Source: a virus
Lineage: Duplodnaviria > Heunggongvirae > Uroviricota > Caudoviricetes
Virus record (IMG/VR): IMGVR_UViG_2799113095_000002
Direction: 5' to 3' (one strand)
Length of the DNA: 64,000 nt
The notes under the pieces are model-generated. The model did not search any database. It was given only the letters and a program-made list of their open reading frames with translations, and was not told where the DNA came from. The translations under genes were made by a program, and so were the position numbers. Positions 9,769 through 19,569 of this stretch are shown piece after piece (position 1 is the stretch's first letter; each line of letters starts with the position of its first letter).

Positions 9769-10124
9769 CCATCAAGGAACACGCGGAACTCCTCCGGCGG
9801 CAGTTCAACGACGTTCCGCTGGATGGATTTCGGCACGTCGGCGTGATCCATCCAGATGAAAGGTTGGAAACGGGGCGCGGCGTTGTAGAGCTCCCACCAG
9901 AACACGTTGTCCGGCGGTGCGATAGCTGTGATCTTCGGGAAGAGGATCACAACCCCTGCGGCGCTGGTGTATTCGTACAGCGGCGTCCCATCCGGGTACG
10001 GCGAGACCGTCTTCGGCTTCGGCGGGACAGCCCCCGCCGGAGCGGGGGCGTCCTCACCTGCGGCCGTAGCGGCGGCCTTGCGCGGCGCTGCCTTCTTGGC
10101 GGGCGCCTTGCGTGCGGTGCTCAA
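9732..10124 (-). CDS. tail assembly chaperone (G-like, upstream frame)
   Basis: 130-aa ORF between major tail and TMP ending ...FAEANLSAEK-TAG. It overlaps the -1 frame ORF below at an A-run. Confidence 0.7.
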   Translation of the reverse strand: MSTARKAPAKKAAPRKAAATAAGEDAPAPAGAVPPKPKTVSPYPDGTPLYEYTSAAGVVILFPKITAIAPPDNVFWWELYNAAPRFQPFIWMDHADVPKSIQRNVVELPPEEFRVFLDGWFAEANLSAEK

Positions 10125-10702
10125 ATGGTCACCACGCCGTCGTTCCAGTACTGGTAGCCGTGGTTCCCGTCAGTGTCGGGGAACGGCTTGAGCGTGCACT
10201 CGTAAGCGGCCAGCTCGGAGTGGACCCACTTGAGCGGGCCAACCGAGGTGATACGACCGATCGGGATGACCAGCCGCATCGAGATCAGGTTGTAGAACCC
10301 TTCGATCAGCCACGCTCCGGTGTCGAGGAGCTTCGAGTTCAGCTTCGCCGCGATCTCAGCACCACTCGTGGTGCTGGCCGGGGTCACGGTGACGTTGCCG
10401 CTTCCGTGCACAGCCTTCTGCACGTCAGCGTTCATCACCTGGAGCAGCTTGAACTTCAACTCCAGGCCGTACTTCTCCTGGAGCACGGCGACCAGGTCGC
10501 CGCCCCAGTTGTTCTCTTCCTTGTTGGAGCGGTCCTCGGTGCGCTCAACACCGTCCACGCCAACATGTCCGAGGTTCTTGAACGCTGCGTCAGGCGCACC
10601 GATTGCCGTGGTGGGCAAGGTGGTTCCAACCGCAGCGCGCAGGATGCCGCCGGTAACTCGCGGAGACGGGGCGGCCAGCTCCAGCACATTGTTGAGAGCC
10701 AT
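10121..10702 (-). CDS. major tail protein
   Basis: 193-aa ORF immediately upstream of the chaperone pair (ATGA overlap). Normal composition. Position typical of the major tail subunit. Confidence 0.6.
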   Translation of the reverse strand: MALNNVLELAAPSPRVTGGILRAAVGTTLPTTAIGAPDAAFKNLGHVGVDGVERTEDRSNKEENNWGGDLVAVLQEKYGLELKFKLLQVMNADVQKAVHGSGNVTVTPASTTSGAEIAAKLNSKLLDTGAWLIEGFYNLISMRLVIPIGRITSVGPLKWVHSELAAYECTLKPFPDTDGNHGYQYWNDGVVTI

Positions 10703-10780
10703 GCGGGCTTTCCTCTCGTGATATGCGAAAGGCCGCCCCGGTTGGGACGGCCTCGTTTTCTCCCGCGCGAGGGCGGTGAG

Positions 10781-11218
10781 TTAGGGGGTGATCGGCGAGC
10801 CGAGGGGCTTGCCGGTGACGATCCAGGTCGCTTGGGACCGGTAACGCGCCATGTTCGGTACGTCAGGATCGGGGGTTCGGTGCGTGAGTACGTCGGCGAC
10901 CGCGTGACTGATGAACCAGCCATTTACCGTCTCGCCAGAGGCAGCTCCGAGTAGGGCCGTTGCCGTGATGGAGGTGTCGGCGGCGGCGTCTTCGTCAGCG
11001 TTGTAGCTGTGCAGGATCGTGTGGAGTCGAAACTCCAGCGGGTTGATCTGTCCCCCACCGCCAAACTCAGTGCGCAGGAAAGGTGCTGGCTTCGTGCGGT
11101 TCGGGGGCGTCGGCGGCAACTTGGTCCCCACCGCTACGGTGACTTCCGCGCGGCCACTGAGGTAGATGCCTGCGACCTTTTCCAAGTCGGGGTGAAGCAT
11201 CGGTGGGTACAGGCCCAC
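10781..11218 (-). CDS. head-tail joining or tail terminator protein
   Basis: 145-aa ORF between the connector genes and the major tail gene. Confidence 0.4.
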   Translation of the reverse strand: MGLYPPMLHPDLEKVAGIYLSGRAEVTVAVGTKLPPTPPNRTKPAPFLRTEFGGGGQINPLEFRLHTILHSYNADEDAAADTSITATALLGAASGETVNGWFISHAVADVLTHRTPDPDVPNMARYRSQATWIVTGKPLGSPITP

Positions 11219-11464
11219 TTACTTGCCCCTTATCTGGTTTACGGCCTTCATCAGGGTGGAGTTCTTGGCATCGTCAGCGCGGGCTTCTGCTGTTTCCGGC
11301 TCCACGAATGCCCTCGGGCGCTGCGTGTTCGAGCGCTTTTGCATCGTGACCTTGTATCCGGGACCGCACGCGTCGGCCAGCTCCTCGGCCTTCTTCTTCA
11401 CGTATTCCGCGTGGAGGTGCCGGATGCGCCGGTAGCCGCGCATGTTGTAGATGATCTTCGCCAT
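11219..11464 (-). CDS. head-tail connector region small protein
   Basis: ORF 11219..11545 trimmed to MAKIIYNMRGYRR right after the upstream stop at 11466. Confidence 0.35.
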   Translation of the reverse strand: MAKIIYNMRGYRRIRHLHAEYVKKKAEELADACGPGYKVTMQKRSNTQRPRAFVEPETAEARADDAKNSTLMKAVNQIRGK

Positions 11465-11465
11465 G

Positions 11466-11831
11466 TCAGCCAACCCGCCTGAGCTGGATCTCCCCGCCAA
11501 ACAGCTTGTTGTACTTGGCCCATGGCCCATTTCGCCAGTCACCATCTACGCCCGGCCCGACGACCTCGAACCGGCGGCCCGCGATATCTACTTCGTCCTG
11601 GTTGAAGTACTGCTCAGGCTTTCGCACGAGCATCGTCACCTCTGAGACGTACCGCGCCACGGTGTCGGCGGAGATCGGCTCTTGGGAGTACTTCCGGTAG
11701 AACGCGATTGCTTTCCGCATGACCGGGTCCTCGGATACCTCGCCGACCGCGTTGCCGTGGCTATCGACGGCTGCCGGTACCGCCGGGGTGAATGCGTAGT
11801 ACGGGATGCTGTGGGGTTCAGGGAAGATCAT
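11466..11831 (-). CDS. head-tail adaptor or tail completion protein
   Basis: 121-aa ORF; 4-nt overlap with the upstream gene. Confidence 0.4.
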   Translation of the reverse strand: MIFPEPHSIPYYAFTPAVPAAVDSHGNAVGEVSEDPVMRKAIAFYRKYSQEPISADTVARYVSEVTMLVRKPEQYFNQDEVDIAGRRFEVVGPGVDGDWRNGPWAKYNKLFGGEIQLRRVG

Positions 11832-12385
11832 CCGACGACCTGAATCCGATACCCAGCCAGCCGGTCTACTTGGTGGCTGGTGAGCGCGAGTCCAATCCCG
11901 GCGCCGAACTTGATTTGGAAAGGTCCGCCCTTGACCTCGCTCGCCGCCGACGCGGGCAATTCGATTGCCTTGGCGGCCAACTCCAGGATCACGGCCTTCA
12001 CGTCCATGGGTACGTCCTCATACCCGTGGGTGAATGTGACCTGTGCGGGCCGGTTGGCCGGGTACCCGTACACCGGCCAGTAGTAGCGGCGGGGCCACGT
12101 CACCGTGTTCCGGTTGATGAACCCCGCCGCGTCCCACTCGTATTCAGTTGTTTCGAGCTCCCGGTCCTCCACGATGACCTTTTCCACGTCGGTGACGTGA
12201 AGGGAGGGCAGCATGATGACGCCCATTTGGCCTACGGCGCAGCGGAGATCGACCACCCGCTCGGATGGCGCGATGTGCCATCCGCAGTACTTGCGAACAC
12301 CGGCCTCGGCGCAGCGGAGAAAGAACTCCGGGTCGCCGTCGTTGAACTTGTTGAGGTCGGCGAGTTCGACAAGGTTCCCGGCCAT
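11828..12385 (-). CDS. head-tail connector protein
   Basis: 185-aa ORF in the head-tail block, tightly coupled to its neighbours. Confidence 0.4.
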   Translation of the reverse strand: MAGNLVELADLNKFNDGDPEFFLRCAEAGVRKYCGWHIAPSERVVDLRCAVGQMGVIMLPSLHVTDVEKVIVEDRELETTEYEWDAAGFINRNTVTWPRRYYWPVYGYPANRPAQVTFTHGYEDVPMDVKAVILELAAKAIELPASAASEVKGGPFQIKFGAGIGLALTSHQVDRLAGYRIQVVG

Positions 12386-12694
12386 TTAGGCGCCCGCGTC
12401 TCCGGTGTTGTTGCCGGGCTTGGCCGGTGCCGCTGCCTTGGCGGGGGCGGCCTTCTCAGGCTTGGGCGCGGAGGCGGTGGCAGGAGTGGGCGGGACTGTC
12501 TTCTCGGGTGCTGTCGGCTCAGTCTTCTTTTCGAGCTCGGGCGCGGGGTCCTTGTCGCTTGAGGCGTCAGCCCATTCGGCGATCTTCTCGTCCACCGAGG
12601 CGGTGTCTTCCCCGACCGATACCAGCAGCGCACGGCGTGCCTTGAGCGCGGCGATGGTGTCCTTGGCGAAGTCTCGCTTCTCGTTCTTGGCCAT
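12386..12694 (-). CDS. hypothetical protein, Ala/Pro/Lys-rich low-complexity C-terminus
   Basis: 102-aa ORF directly downstream of the capsid gene. Confidence 0.35.
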   Translation of the reverse strand: MAKNEKRDFAKDTIAALKARRALLVSVGEDTASVDEKIAEWADASSDKDPAPELEKKTEPTAPEKTVPPTPATASAPKPEKAAPAKAAAPAKPGNNTGDAGA

Positions 12695-12773
12695 CAGGTT
12701 TCTCCTCAGATCGGTTGGCCTGGCGGCCCCGCCCTGCCGGGGGTCACCCAGCAGGGCGAGGGCCAGGGAACGG

Positions 12774-14147
12774 TCAGAACGTCGGGGCGGTCAGACCCGA
12801 GATCTCGACCACGGACTGCGCGTAGCGCTCAGCGGTGAAGGCCAGGTAGCCGTACACCTGGAGAGTCACCGTGAGATTCTTGCCGCCGACCTCGTTGAGG
12901 ACGCGAGTACGGATACCCGACTCGAACAGCAGCAGGTCGTTCGCCCGAACCACGTACACCAGGTCCTCGTTGGTACCGGTGCCGTAGGCAGTGCCGATGT
13001 TGGGATCGGTCACCACGGGGAGGCCCTGCAGTTCGCCGACAACCTGCTGCGACGCGACCGCGTCCAGGGTGGCGACGTTGTTCAGGCTGCGACCGGCAGG
13101 CAGAACCAGCGGGCGCAGATCACCGTCCAGCTGACCGGTCAGCCAACCCCAGCGACGCGGGTGCATCACGATGTGCGTCGGGGGCAGGTAGCGGGAGCTG
13201 TGCACCCGCTGAATGCCATCCGCGATAGCCGCGTAGAACGACTGGAGCGTCAGAGCGGTGATCGCGATGGACTGGATGCCAGGGGTGTTGTGGACACCCT
13301 TGACCTGACCGGCCGCATTGCTGCCGGCCAACACCTGGAGGTCAACCTTGGTGCCGTAGTCGGCGATGAGGTCCTGGAACACGACCTCGTCAAAGTTGAT
13401 GGGCGACTGGTCAAGCAGCTGGATAGCGACATCCTGCGAACCGGCGGCAGTCTTCACGTCCGCCCGGATGGAGCTGTCCTGGAGATCCTGCTCGGCCACG
13501 GCGGCGTTGTCGGCCGTCTGCATCCCGACGAGCGTTCCCCGCGTCACCTTGGGGATGTTGATGCTGTCGGTGCCAGCCGGGAGCGGCTGCTGCTGAACCA
13601 GGTTGGCGAAAGCACGCCCGGCGCGGGCGAGTTCGATGTACTGGCTCACCAGGTGGATGGGCGGCACGAAGTACCCGCCGTTGCCGTCCACGCGGTCCAG
13701 GTCGCGGTACTCCTGGCCCTGAACGTCAACGGCGTGGCGCCGGAGCCGTTCGGTGGCCTGGCCGTCCTGGTCCATGTTCAGGGACCGGCGGAGCAGATCC
13801 TTGAAGTACGAGCGGCCATTGCCCTTCTCGTAGGCGGCGGCTTCCTTCACGGACTCCACGCGAGAGATGGCCTTGCGGACCTTCGTCGCGTTCTCGTTGA
13901 GGCGGCCGGAGCGCTCGATTTCCTCGGACAGCTCCTTGATTCGCTCGTCCAGGCCCTCGCACTCGGTCTGCTTCTTGGCGATTTCCGCGCTCTTGACCCG
14001 GAACTCGGTGTCTTCCTCGGTGGTGAGGTCTTCGCGGGCCTCTTCCTTGACGAGGTCGGTGATGGCGGATCGCTCAGCCATCAGCTTCTCCAGCTCGTCG
14101 CCTGCCTTTGCACGCAGCGCGATGAGCCGCTTGAGACGTTCCTCCAT
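12774..14147 (-). CDS. major capsid protein, HK97 fold with N-terminal coiled-coil delta domain
   Basis: ORF 12774..14225 trimmed to MEERLKRLIALRAKAGDELEKL, which has a strong RBS (AAAGGAGGGA, 7-nt spacer). Coiled-coil N-terminus then capsid-like body. Lies next to protease and portal. Confidence 0.8.
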   Translation of the reverse strand: MEERLKRLIALRAKAGDELEKLMAERSAITDLVKEEAREDLTTEEDTEFRVKSAEIAKKQTECEGLDERIKELSEEIERSGRLNENATKVRKAISRVESVKEAAAYEKGNGRSYFKDLLRRSLNMDQDGQATERLRRHAVDVQGQEYRDLDRVDGNGGYFVPPIHLVSQYIELARAGRAFANLVQQQPLPAGTDSINIPKVTRGTLVGMQTADNAAVAEQDLQDSSIRADVKTAAGSQDVAIQLLDQSPINFDEVVFQDLIADYGTKVDLQVLAGSNAAGQVKGVHNTPGIQSIAITALTLQSFYAAIADGIQRVHSSRYLPPTHIVMHPRRWGWLTGQLDGDLRPLVLPAGRSLNNVATLDAVASQQVVGELQGLPVVTDPNIGTAYGTGTNEDLVYVVRANDLLLFESGIRTRVLNEVGGKNLTVTLQVYGYLAFTAERYAQSVVEISGLTAPTF

Positions 14148-14358
14148 GGGAGCGTCCCTCCTTTCGGATTGTCCCCAAATTGGTTGGGGTGGTTCGGATA
14201 TGGATTGGCGGCCCGAGCTGGGCACCAGCGGCCACCGAGCGGGTGGCGGCTGTTCGACCCGCGCACGAAAAAAGGCCCCCCGAGCTGGGAGGCCTTTGAT
14301 GTGGTTGTGGGCGGGTGGAATCTGGAGCGGTGCAGCGGTTTACCGCTACACGCGGGGG

Positions 14359-15267
14359 TTACTTGCTGCTCTGGGCAAGTGCTTCATCGAGGGTGAGGCT
14401 CTTTCCGTCCTCGCTCGCGAAGCCCTGGCGGGTGAGGGCTTCACGCAGCGACATGCCCTTCGGAGCGGGGTCGGCGTGTTGCCGAGTCTCGGCGAGGCGT
14501 CGGTTCGCTTCCGCCGCAACATCTGAAGCGGCAGCAGAACGTCTGAGGTCGTCGGCTGCCATTCCGACCGGGCCACCGATACGGACTGGTCCACCGAGCT
14601 TTTCGAGCGCGGCGCGGGCGCGGCGCAGGATGTCTTGATCGGAGCGCGCTTCCGCGAGCTGGCGGGGGTCGCATTCCGCGAGCATCGCCAAGGCTTCATC
14701 CACGGACTTCAACTCCGCCGAGGTGCTCGGGTTGGCGCCGAAGTTCACGACCGACACGTCTCCCTTGTGCAGAGATACCTCGGTGATGCACCGGTAGGCG
14801 TACTCGTCGTCGGGGAACTCGGGGGTGGACTTCCACACCTGGTTCTTGACGCGGAACGCAAACGACATCTCATCCATGTCCTTGCGGCGCATCTTGGGTG
14901 CGAGTCGCTGCACGTCAGGGTCCAGCGGGTCGAGCAGCGAATCTGTCAGCAGGCCAATACGGTCCACGCCGAGCTGGAGAGTCCCCGACTTGGTGCGCGC
15001 CAGCGGCATTCCCTCGTGGTTAATGAGCAGGTGTACGTCCGGGTCCTCCCGGAGGGTGGCGTTGAACGCGCCCCTGTCTATCTGTTCGATCCAGCCTCCG
15101 TTGGCGGGGCCTCCGTACATCTCGTACGGCTCGAACGTGGACGCGTAGCCGGTCAACCGGAGACCGCCCCCGCCCGAATCGGAGCGGAGATCGAACATCG
15201 GGATGGAGCGGTGCTCCCACACATCCTTACGGTTCTCCCGGTCGGCACGAGTTACCTTGGGCTTCAT
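14359..15267 (-). CDS. HK97-family prohead protease
   Basis: Motifs GYASTF, DRGAF, LINHEG (catalytic His region) typical of the phage prohead protease S78/U35 family. Lies between portal and capsid. Confidence 0.8.
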   Translation of the reverse strand: MKPKVTRADRENRKDVWEHRSIPMFDLRSDSGGGGLRLTGYASTFEPYEMYGGPANGGWIEQIDRGAFNATLREDPDVHLLINHEGMPLARTKSGTLQLGVDRIGLLTDSLLDPLDPDVQRLAPKMRRKDMDEMSFAFRVKNQVWKSTPEFPDDEYAYRCITEVSLHKGDVSVVNFGANPSTSAELKSVDEALAMLAECDPRQLAEARSDQDILRRARAALEKLGGPVRIGGPVGMAADDLRRSAAASDVAAEANRRLAETRQHADPAPKGMSLREALTRQGFASEDGKSLTLDEALAQSSK

Positions 15268-16550
15268 TGGTCCTCCTGTCCTGGGTCGCCTTCGACCTCG
15301 TCGGGTTCGGCGGCAGGGTCTTCTTCGGGGGTCTGTTCGGGTTGGCCGGCAGGGGCGCTGTCCGCTGGCGGGACATACCCGAGGGGCGCGTAGTTCATGG
15401 GCTGGAGCCGGATGTTGCCGTTCTCCACCGGTCCCATGTCTTCCTTGGCGCGCATCTCGTCCACGCTGTAGATGCCAATCTCGCGGCCGATCTTGTACGC
15501 CTCGAACCGGGACTTCATGTCGCCGCGCAGCAGGTCGTCCAGGGTGAACTTGACGTACTGCCCCTTCGGGAGGAGCAGCGAAAGGGACTGCTCGATGCAG
15601 GTCAGCCAGGCACGCAGCGTGAACTTCACGAAGCCGAGGGTCTGTTGCTCAATGCCGGTGCCCCAGCTGGTGGATTTCTCGGTGTCGCCAATCATGTGAG
15701 GCGGGATGCGGAATAGCATCGCGATCTCGCCGCGCTGGTAGCGGCGGGTTTCAAGGAACTGGGATTCGTTGGGGCTGATAGCGATTGGCTTCCACTTCAA
15801 CCCGCCGGTCAGGATGGCAGGGCGGCGACGCCCCGAGTGGGAGGCAATCCAGCGCTGCATCACGCCCTTGGTCTGGTCCGTATCCAACGTCTGGTCGGTT
15901 TCCAGCACTGAGGACGGGTTCGCGGAGTCCTTGAAGTAGTTGAGGCCGTATCGCTCAGCGGCCAAGGCGATTCCGACTGCGGCAGCGGCCCGCTGTACCG
16001 GAGACAACCCGAGCGCGGCGCCCGCTACCGGGTACCGCTTGATGTGAACCACATCGGCGGCGGGAACTTTCGTCCCATCTACCAGGTAGGTCGGTTCCAT
16101 CCAGCCGTTCTTGGCGGCGACGTTCACCGTCATAAAGTCGGGGTGGACGGGCATGATCGCTTTGGGGGTGTCGTCCGGGTTGCGTGCCGTGATGTAACCA
16201 AATCCGTTACCGGTGACCGCGAGTGCTTCCATCGTCATCCAGATCCAGTCGAACAGGGTGGTTTCTGGATAGGGGTTGGTGATGAGCTTTGGCTGCGGAT
16301 CGACGGGTACTGGGATGCCGCCTTGCAGCTGGTATGCGGTGAGGCTGAGTGAGGCGATGGTGTCGGCGAGTAGCGTGACGCAGGCGGTGAACGCCGCGAC
16401 CTGCGTTTCGCGGGCTCCGCGCGGGGTGACGCTGTAGCTGTTGCTCCCCCACGGGTACATCGCGTCGTCTTCGGCGGGTGTCGGAACGAAGGATGAGCCG
16501 CTGAGGACTCGCGCCTCAGGTGCACTGAACGCGCGCGACAGGAAGCTCAC
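15264..16550 (-). CDS. portal protein
   Basis: ORF 15264..16895 trimmed to a GTG at 16550 (GTGA overlap with the upstream stop); the N-terminal 115 residues are Arg-rich and out of frame. About 428 aa, downstream of terminase, with an acidic C-terminus. Confidence 0.8.
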   Translation of the reverse strand: MSFLSRAFSAPEARVLSGSSFVPTPAEDDAMYPWGSNSYSVTPRGARETQVAAFTACVTLLADTIASLSLTAYQLQGGIPVPVDPQPKLITNPYPETTLFDWIWMTMEALAVTGNGFGYITARNPDDTPKAIMPVHPDFMTVNVAAKNGWMEPTYLVDGTKVPAADVVHIKRYPVAGAALGLSPVQRAAAAVGIALAAERYGLNYFKDSANPSSVLETDQTLDTDQTKGVMQRWIASHSGRRRPAILTGGLKWKPIAISPNESQFLETRRYQRGEIAMLFRIPPHMIGDTEKSTSWGTGIEQQTLGFVKFTLRAWLTCIEQSLSLLLPKGQYVKFTLDDLLRGDMKSRFEAYKIGREIGIYSVDEMRAKEDMGPVENGNIRLQPMNYAPLGYVPPADSAPAGQPEQTPEEDPAAEPDEVEGDPGQEDQ

Positions 16551-16717
16551 TGGCCATCGGCCTTCGGTGCGCGGTTGGGCGGGTCGATAGCAAGCCCGAT
16601 GAGAATCAGTGCGAGACCGCCCATTACGAGACCGATCCACGGCGCCAACACCCAGCCCCCGGCGACTAGCACCGCGACCCCGGCCAGCTCGAACCCGGCC
16701 GAAATGAGGGGGCGCAT
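16547..16717 (-). CDS. small membrane protein (two predicted TM helices)
   Basis: ORF 16547..16768 trimmed to M18, which overlaps the terminase stop. Hydrophobic stretch LAGVAVLVAGGWVLAPWIGLVMGGLALILIGLAI. Confidence 0.3.
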   Translation of the reverse strand: MRPLISAGFELAGVAVLVAGGWVLAPWIGLVMGGLALILIGLAIDPPNRAPKADGQ

Positions 16718-18315
16718 CAGTAGAGGTCTTCTTTCTGCCACTCCATGATTTCCTCCTCGGAAGGCCATTCGTGCACGTCAGGCACCTTTTCGGGTCCGGC
16801 GAGCCGGACTGATTCAGCCCATGCAGCCGCCGCGCAGGCGACGAGGGGGCTTGCGTCGATGGGACTGCCTTGCCGGTCGAAAACCCATGCGTCACCGAGC
16901 TTTTTGGCGACTGTCGCGACGGCAGCTGTATCTAGGGCGGGTTGCGAGCGGTGGCGGACAATTCGCTGTACTACCTGGTCGTAGAAGTCGCCGCAGCCCT
17001 TGGTGAGGTCGCCGCCGCCCCATTCCAGGACCGGGATACCGGCCTCGACCATGTCCTCGATGAACCCTGAGGCCGGAGCGCCGCGCGCCTGCACGGCGAC
17101 GGTCTGGAACTTTCCGGGGCGTGCCTTGAACCACGGAATGATCCAGTCGGTACCGCGCTCCGCTGCAACAACTTCCACGTGGAGTAGGTCGTCGGCTCGG
17201 CGGGCGGCGATTGCGACGTAGCCGCGTGATCGTTGCCAATTCACATCAACGGCAGCCCACACAGGCGCCCCCTCAGCTCGCCGCGACAGCTCATCCAAGG
17301 TGGCTTGCCAGTCTTCGGCGGGGATGATGCCGGGGGCTAGCGAATCAACCCACTGGCATAGGTGTTCAGTCTTAAACCCGGCGATGTCAGCGCGTTTCGC
17401 TTCGAGCTTCCCCGCGACGGACGCTTCGTCGTGCCCGTCAAGCCAGCCCATCGCCGGGTTCGCCATCGGCCAGACGGAACGGTCGTACGGGTCAGATTCA
17501 TCCGGCGCGGACCACTCGAACAACCCGAGCTGGGTCTCCTCGGTCTTACCGGCGATTATCGCCTGCAAGCAGCCGTCCCGGACCGACCGCAGCACGATGG
17601 ATTTCTTGTCCCCGGCGTTACTGGCGGTAACGGCTTGGCTGTACTTACGGGCGGTGGTGGTGGGGACAACCGCGTCCCAGGTCTCCCAATTGGTGTGCTC
17701 ACGAAGCTCATCGAGCATTGCGAGGTCAATTGAGAAGGAGCGTCCCGCTTTTCGGTTCTGGGCGACAGCCCGCCAGGACCGTTTCCCGGTTAGGAACATC
17801 GCGTGCTTGCCGTTGGCGGTACGGTGCCGGACAAACTCCAGCCGGAGCTTCGAGGATTCCTTCACGTCATCCACGACGGCGGAGAGCGTGCCCTCCGCGT
17901 ACTCCAGCCCTTGTGCCGCGATGACCACCGTCTTGGCGGCCGGGCACCCGGCAGTCGATATGCCCTTGCTGTCCAGGTACAGCCGCCAGAGGCCAAGCCC
18001 CTTAAGCCACTGGGTCTTCCCGTTCTGCCGCGCGATGAGGATGACGACTGTGCGGAGCCGGAACCCTGTACCGTCCGCGCCTTTCTCCAAAGCGTGGATA
18101 TACAGCCACTTTTGGTACGGCAGGAGCGTCCAGCCGAGGAAATTCTCCAGAAAACCGATGCACTCGAATCCCCAGGAGGTATCCGGGTTCAGACCACAGC
18201 CGCACTCGCAGGCATCCGGGCGGCTGGGGTCGCAGTGCGCGGTGAGGGGCGGCGTGTACAGGCGGGGTTTGGTGTACCCCTTAAGCGTTGGTGCGCTTAC
18301 GACGCCAGTCGTCAA
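16717..18315 (-). CDS. terminase large subunit
   Basis: 532-aa ORF with an ATPase-like N-terminal region (LIARQNGKT) and a nuclease-like C-terminus. Canonical position upstream of portal. Confidence 0.85.
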   Translation of the reverse strand: MTTGVVSAPTLKGYTKPRLYTPPLTAHCDPSRPDACECGCGLNPDTSWGFECIGFLENFLGWTLLPYQKWLYIHALEKGADGTGFRLRTVVILIARQNGKTQWLKGLGLWRLYLDSKGISTAGCPAAKTVVIAAQGLEYAEGTLSAVVDDVKESSKLRLEFVRHRTANGKHAMFLTGKRSWRAVAQNRKAGRSFSIDLAMLDELREHTNWETWDAVVPTTTARKYSQAVTASNAGDKKSIVLRSVRDGCLQAIIAGKTEETQLGLFEWSAPDESDPYDRSVWPMANPAMGWLDGHDEASVAGKLEAKRADIAGFKTEHLCQWVDSLAPGIIPAEDWQATLDELSRRAEGAPVWAAVDVNWQRSRGYVAIAARRADDLLHVEVVAAERGTDWIIPWFKARPGKFQTVAVQARGAPASGFIEDMVEAGIPVLEWGGGDLTKGCGDFYDQVVQRIVRHRSQPALDTAAVATVAKKLGDAWVFDRQGSPIDASPLVACAAAAWAESVRLAGPEKVPDVHEWPSEEEIMEWQKEDLY

Positions 18316-18715
18316 GGTCGCTCACCGGGGCTTCGTCGCCGTCGTCGCCCTCGTCGTCCGGGTCGGGCAGGTTCGGCGGCTCGTTCATCCCTGGCGTCGC
18401 GGCGTCCAGCCCGTAGAGCCGGGTCTGCTGTGCGAGGAGCCTCCGGCAGAACTCGGCTGCTTTCACGTCGCCGTTCAGCGCGTTGCCGAAATGGGCCCGA
18501 AACAGCGCCTCCGAGCGCTCCACGTGCATCGCCAACGCCTGATCCGCTAAGTAATCACGGCGTTTCGCCGCCTTGGCCATCTCCCGCTGAACGATCTTCT
18601 CGACGGCGGTGTGAGTGATGTTGTGCCGCTCACCGATCTGCCGGTACGGGACACCAGCGATGAACAGCTGGAGCACTTGCGCGTCGCGCTTGGCCCGGGT
18701 GATCCGGTCCGTCAC
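18281..18715 (-). CDS. terminase small subunit-like HTH DNA-binding protein
   Basis: ORF 18281..18856 trimmed to a GTG at 18715 (GTGA overlap). HTH PYRQIGERHNITHTAVEKIV. Acidic C-terminus. Directly upstream of TerL. Confidence 0.45.
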   Translation of the reverse strand: MTDRITRAKRDAQVLQLFIAGVPYRQIGERHNITHTAVEKIVQREMAKAAKRRDYLADQALAMHVERSEALFRAHFGNALNGDVKAAEFCRRLLAQQTRLYGLDAATPGMNEPPNLPDPDDEGDDGDEAPVSDLDDWRRKRTNA

Positions 18716-19569
18716 CGGCCCCCGGCCTTCGCGGAGCGGACGCCGGGTGGCGGCGTGGTCGGGGGGTGCCCGGCGTGCCGCTTCTTCGGGGCGAGGGTGA
18801 TCTCGATGTAGCCGGTGTCCTTCTTGCGGGTGTTCCTGCGCACCAGGCCCGGCCACTGCTTCTCCAGCTCCTCGACGCTGAAAGCGACCTTGGCGGGGGT
18901 TCTTTGGAACTCACCGGGCGCCTGGCAGCCGCCAGGGTCCGTGTAGTAGTTCGCTTGGGCGGCAATTCCGTCGTGCCGGACTGTGCCACCGTCGTACCAC
19001 CATGCGCGCAGGCTCGTTTCGTGCTCGTCCTTGTACGGGACGGTGAACTCGTGGACGGGATGGCCGGGCCGGTTGAAGAACCCGATCACGGTGAAGATCA
19101 GAAATCGGAGGCCTTCGCTGACGCGGCCCGGCGACATGTAGAAGGCATTGACGACCGGCGACAGACCCCACACGTACAGGTCCCGCCCAGCGGTCTCGGT
19201 GAACATCCGCCGGAACAGTGAATCCACATCAGCCACGGGGCGAAGGGTTTTCGAGTCCACTGCCTCCACCAGGCCCGTCACGTCGTCGTCCAGGCACACA
19301 ATCGGGGTACCAGGCGCGAACTGGGTGGGTATGTAGGTCCGCTGTGCCGTGATACCGCGCATCGGGGTGGCGTTGAGGCGGACACCCGTCCTGCCGGCCA
19401 CCTCCTGGTAGGCCTCCAGCTGCGGATCGTTGTCGTGGAGGAACACCGTGATCCGGGCCGGGTCCACTCCGGTCGCGTTCAGCCAGGCGAGCGTCTTCCG
19501 CTCCAGCCCTTCGGCGCGCTGGTAGGAGGGGATCACGATCTGGTACTCGCGGGCCGGGGCGCGCCTCAC
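18712..19569 (-). CDS. GT-A fold glycosyltransferase (DxD type)
   Basis: N-terminal YQIVIPSYQR resembles the GT2 VIPTYNR motif; a DxD-like IVCLDDDV follows. GTG start overlaps the oxygenase stop. Confidence 0.55.
   Translation of the reverse strand: MRRAPAREYQIVIPSYQRAEGLERKTLAWLNATGVDPARITVFLHDNDPQLEAYQEVAGRTGVRLNATPMRGITAQRTYIPTQFAPGTPIVCLDDDVTGLVEAVDSKTLRPVADVDSLFRRMFTETAGRDLYVWGLSPVVNAFYMSPGRVSEGLRFLIFTVIGFFNRPGHPVHEFTVPYKDEHETSLRAWWYDGGTVRHDGIAAQANYYTDPGGCQAPGEFQRTPAKVAFSVEELEKQWPGLVRRNTRKKDTGYIEITLAPKKRHAGHPPTTPPPGVRSAKAGGR

Noticed and set aside
14148-14358. 210-bp gap between the prohead protease and capsid genes as a possible extra small gene or scaffold ORF
   Set aside because: Only Arg-rich out-of-frame ORFs are present. 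The strong RBS at 14155-14170 serves the capsid start. No separate scaffold gene is evident.
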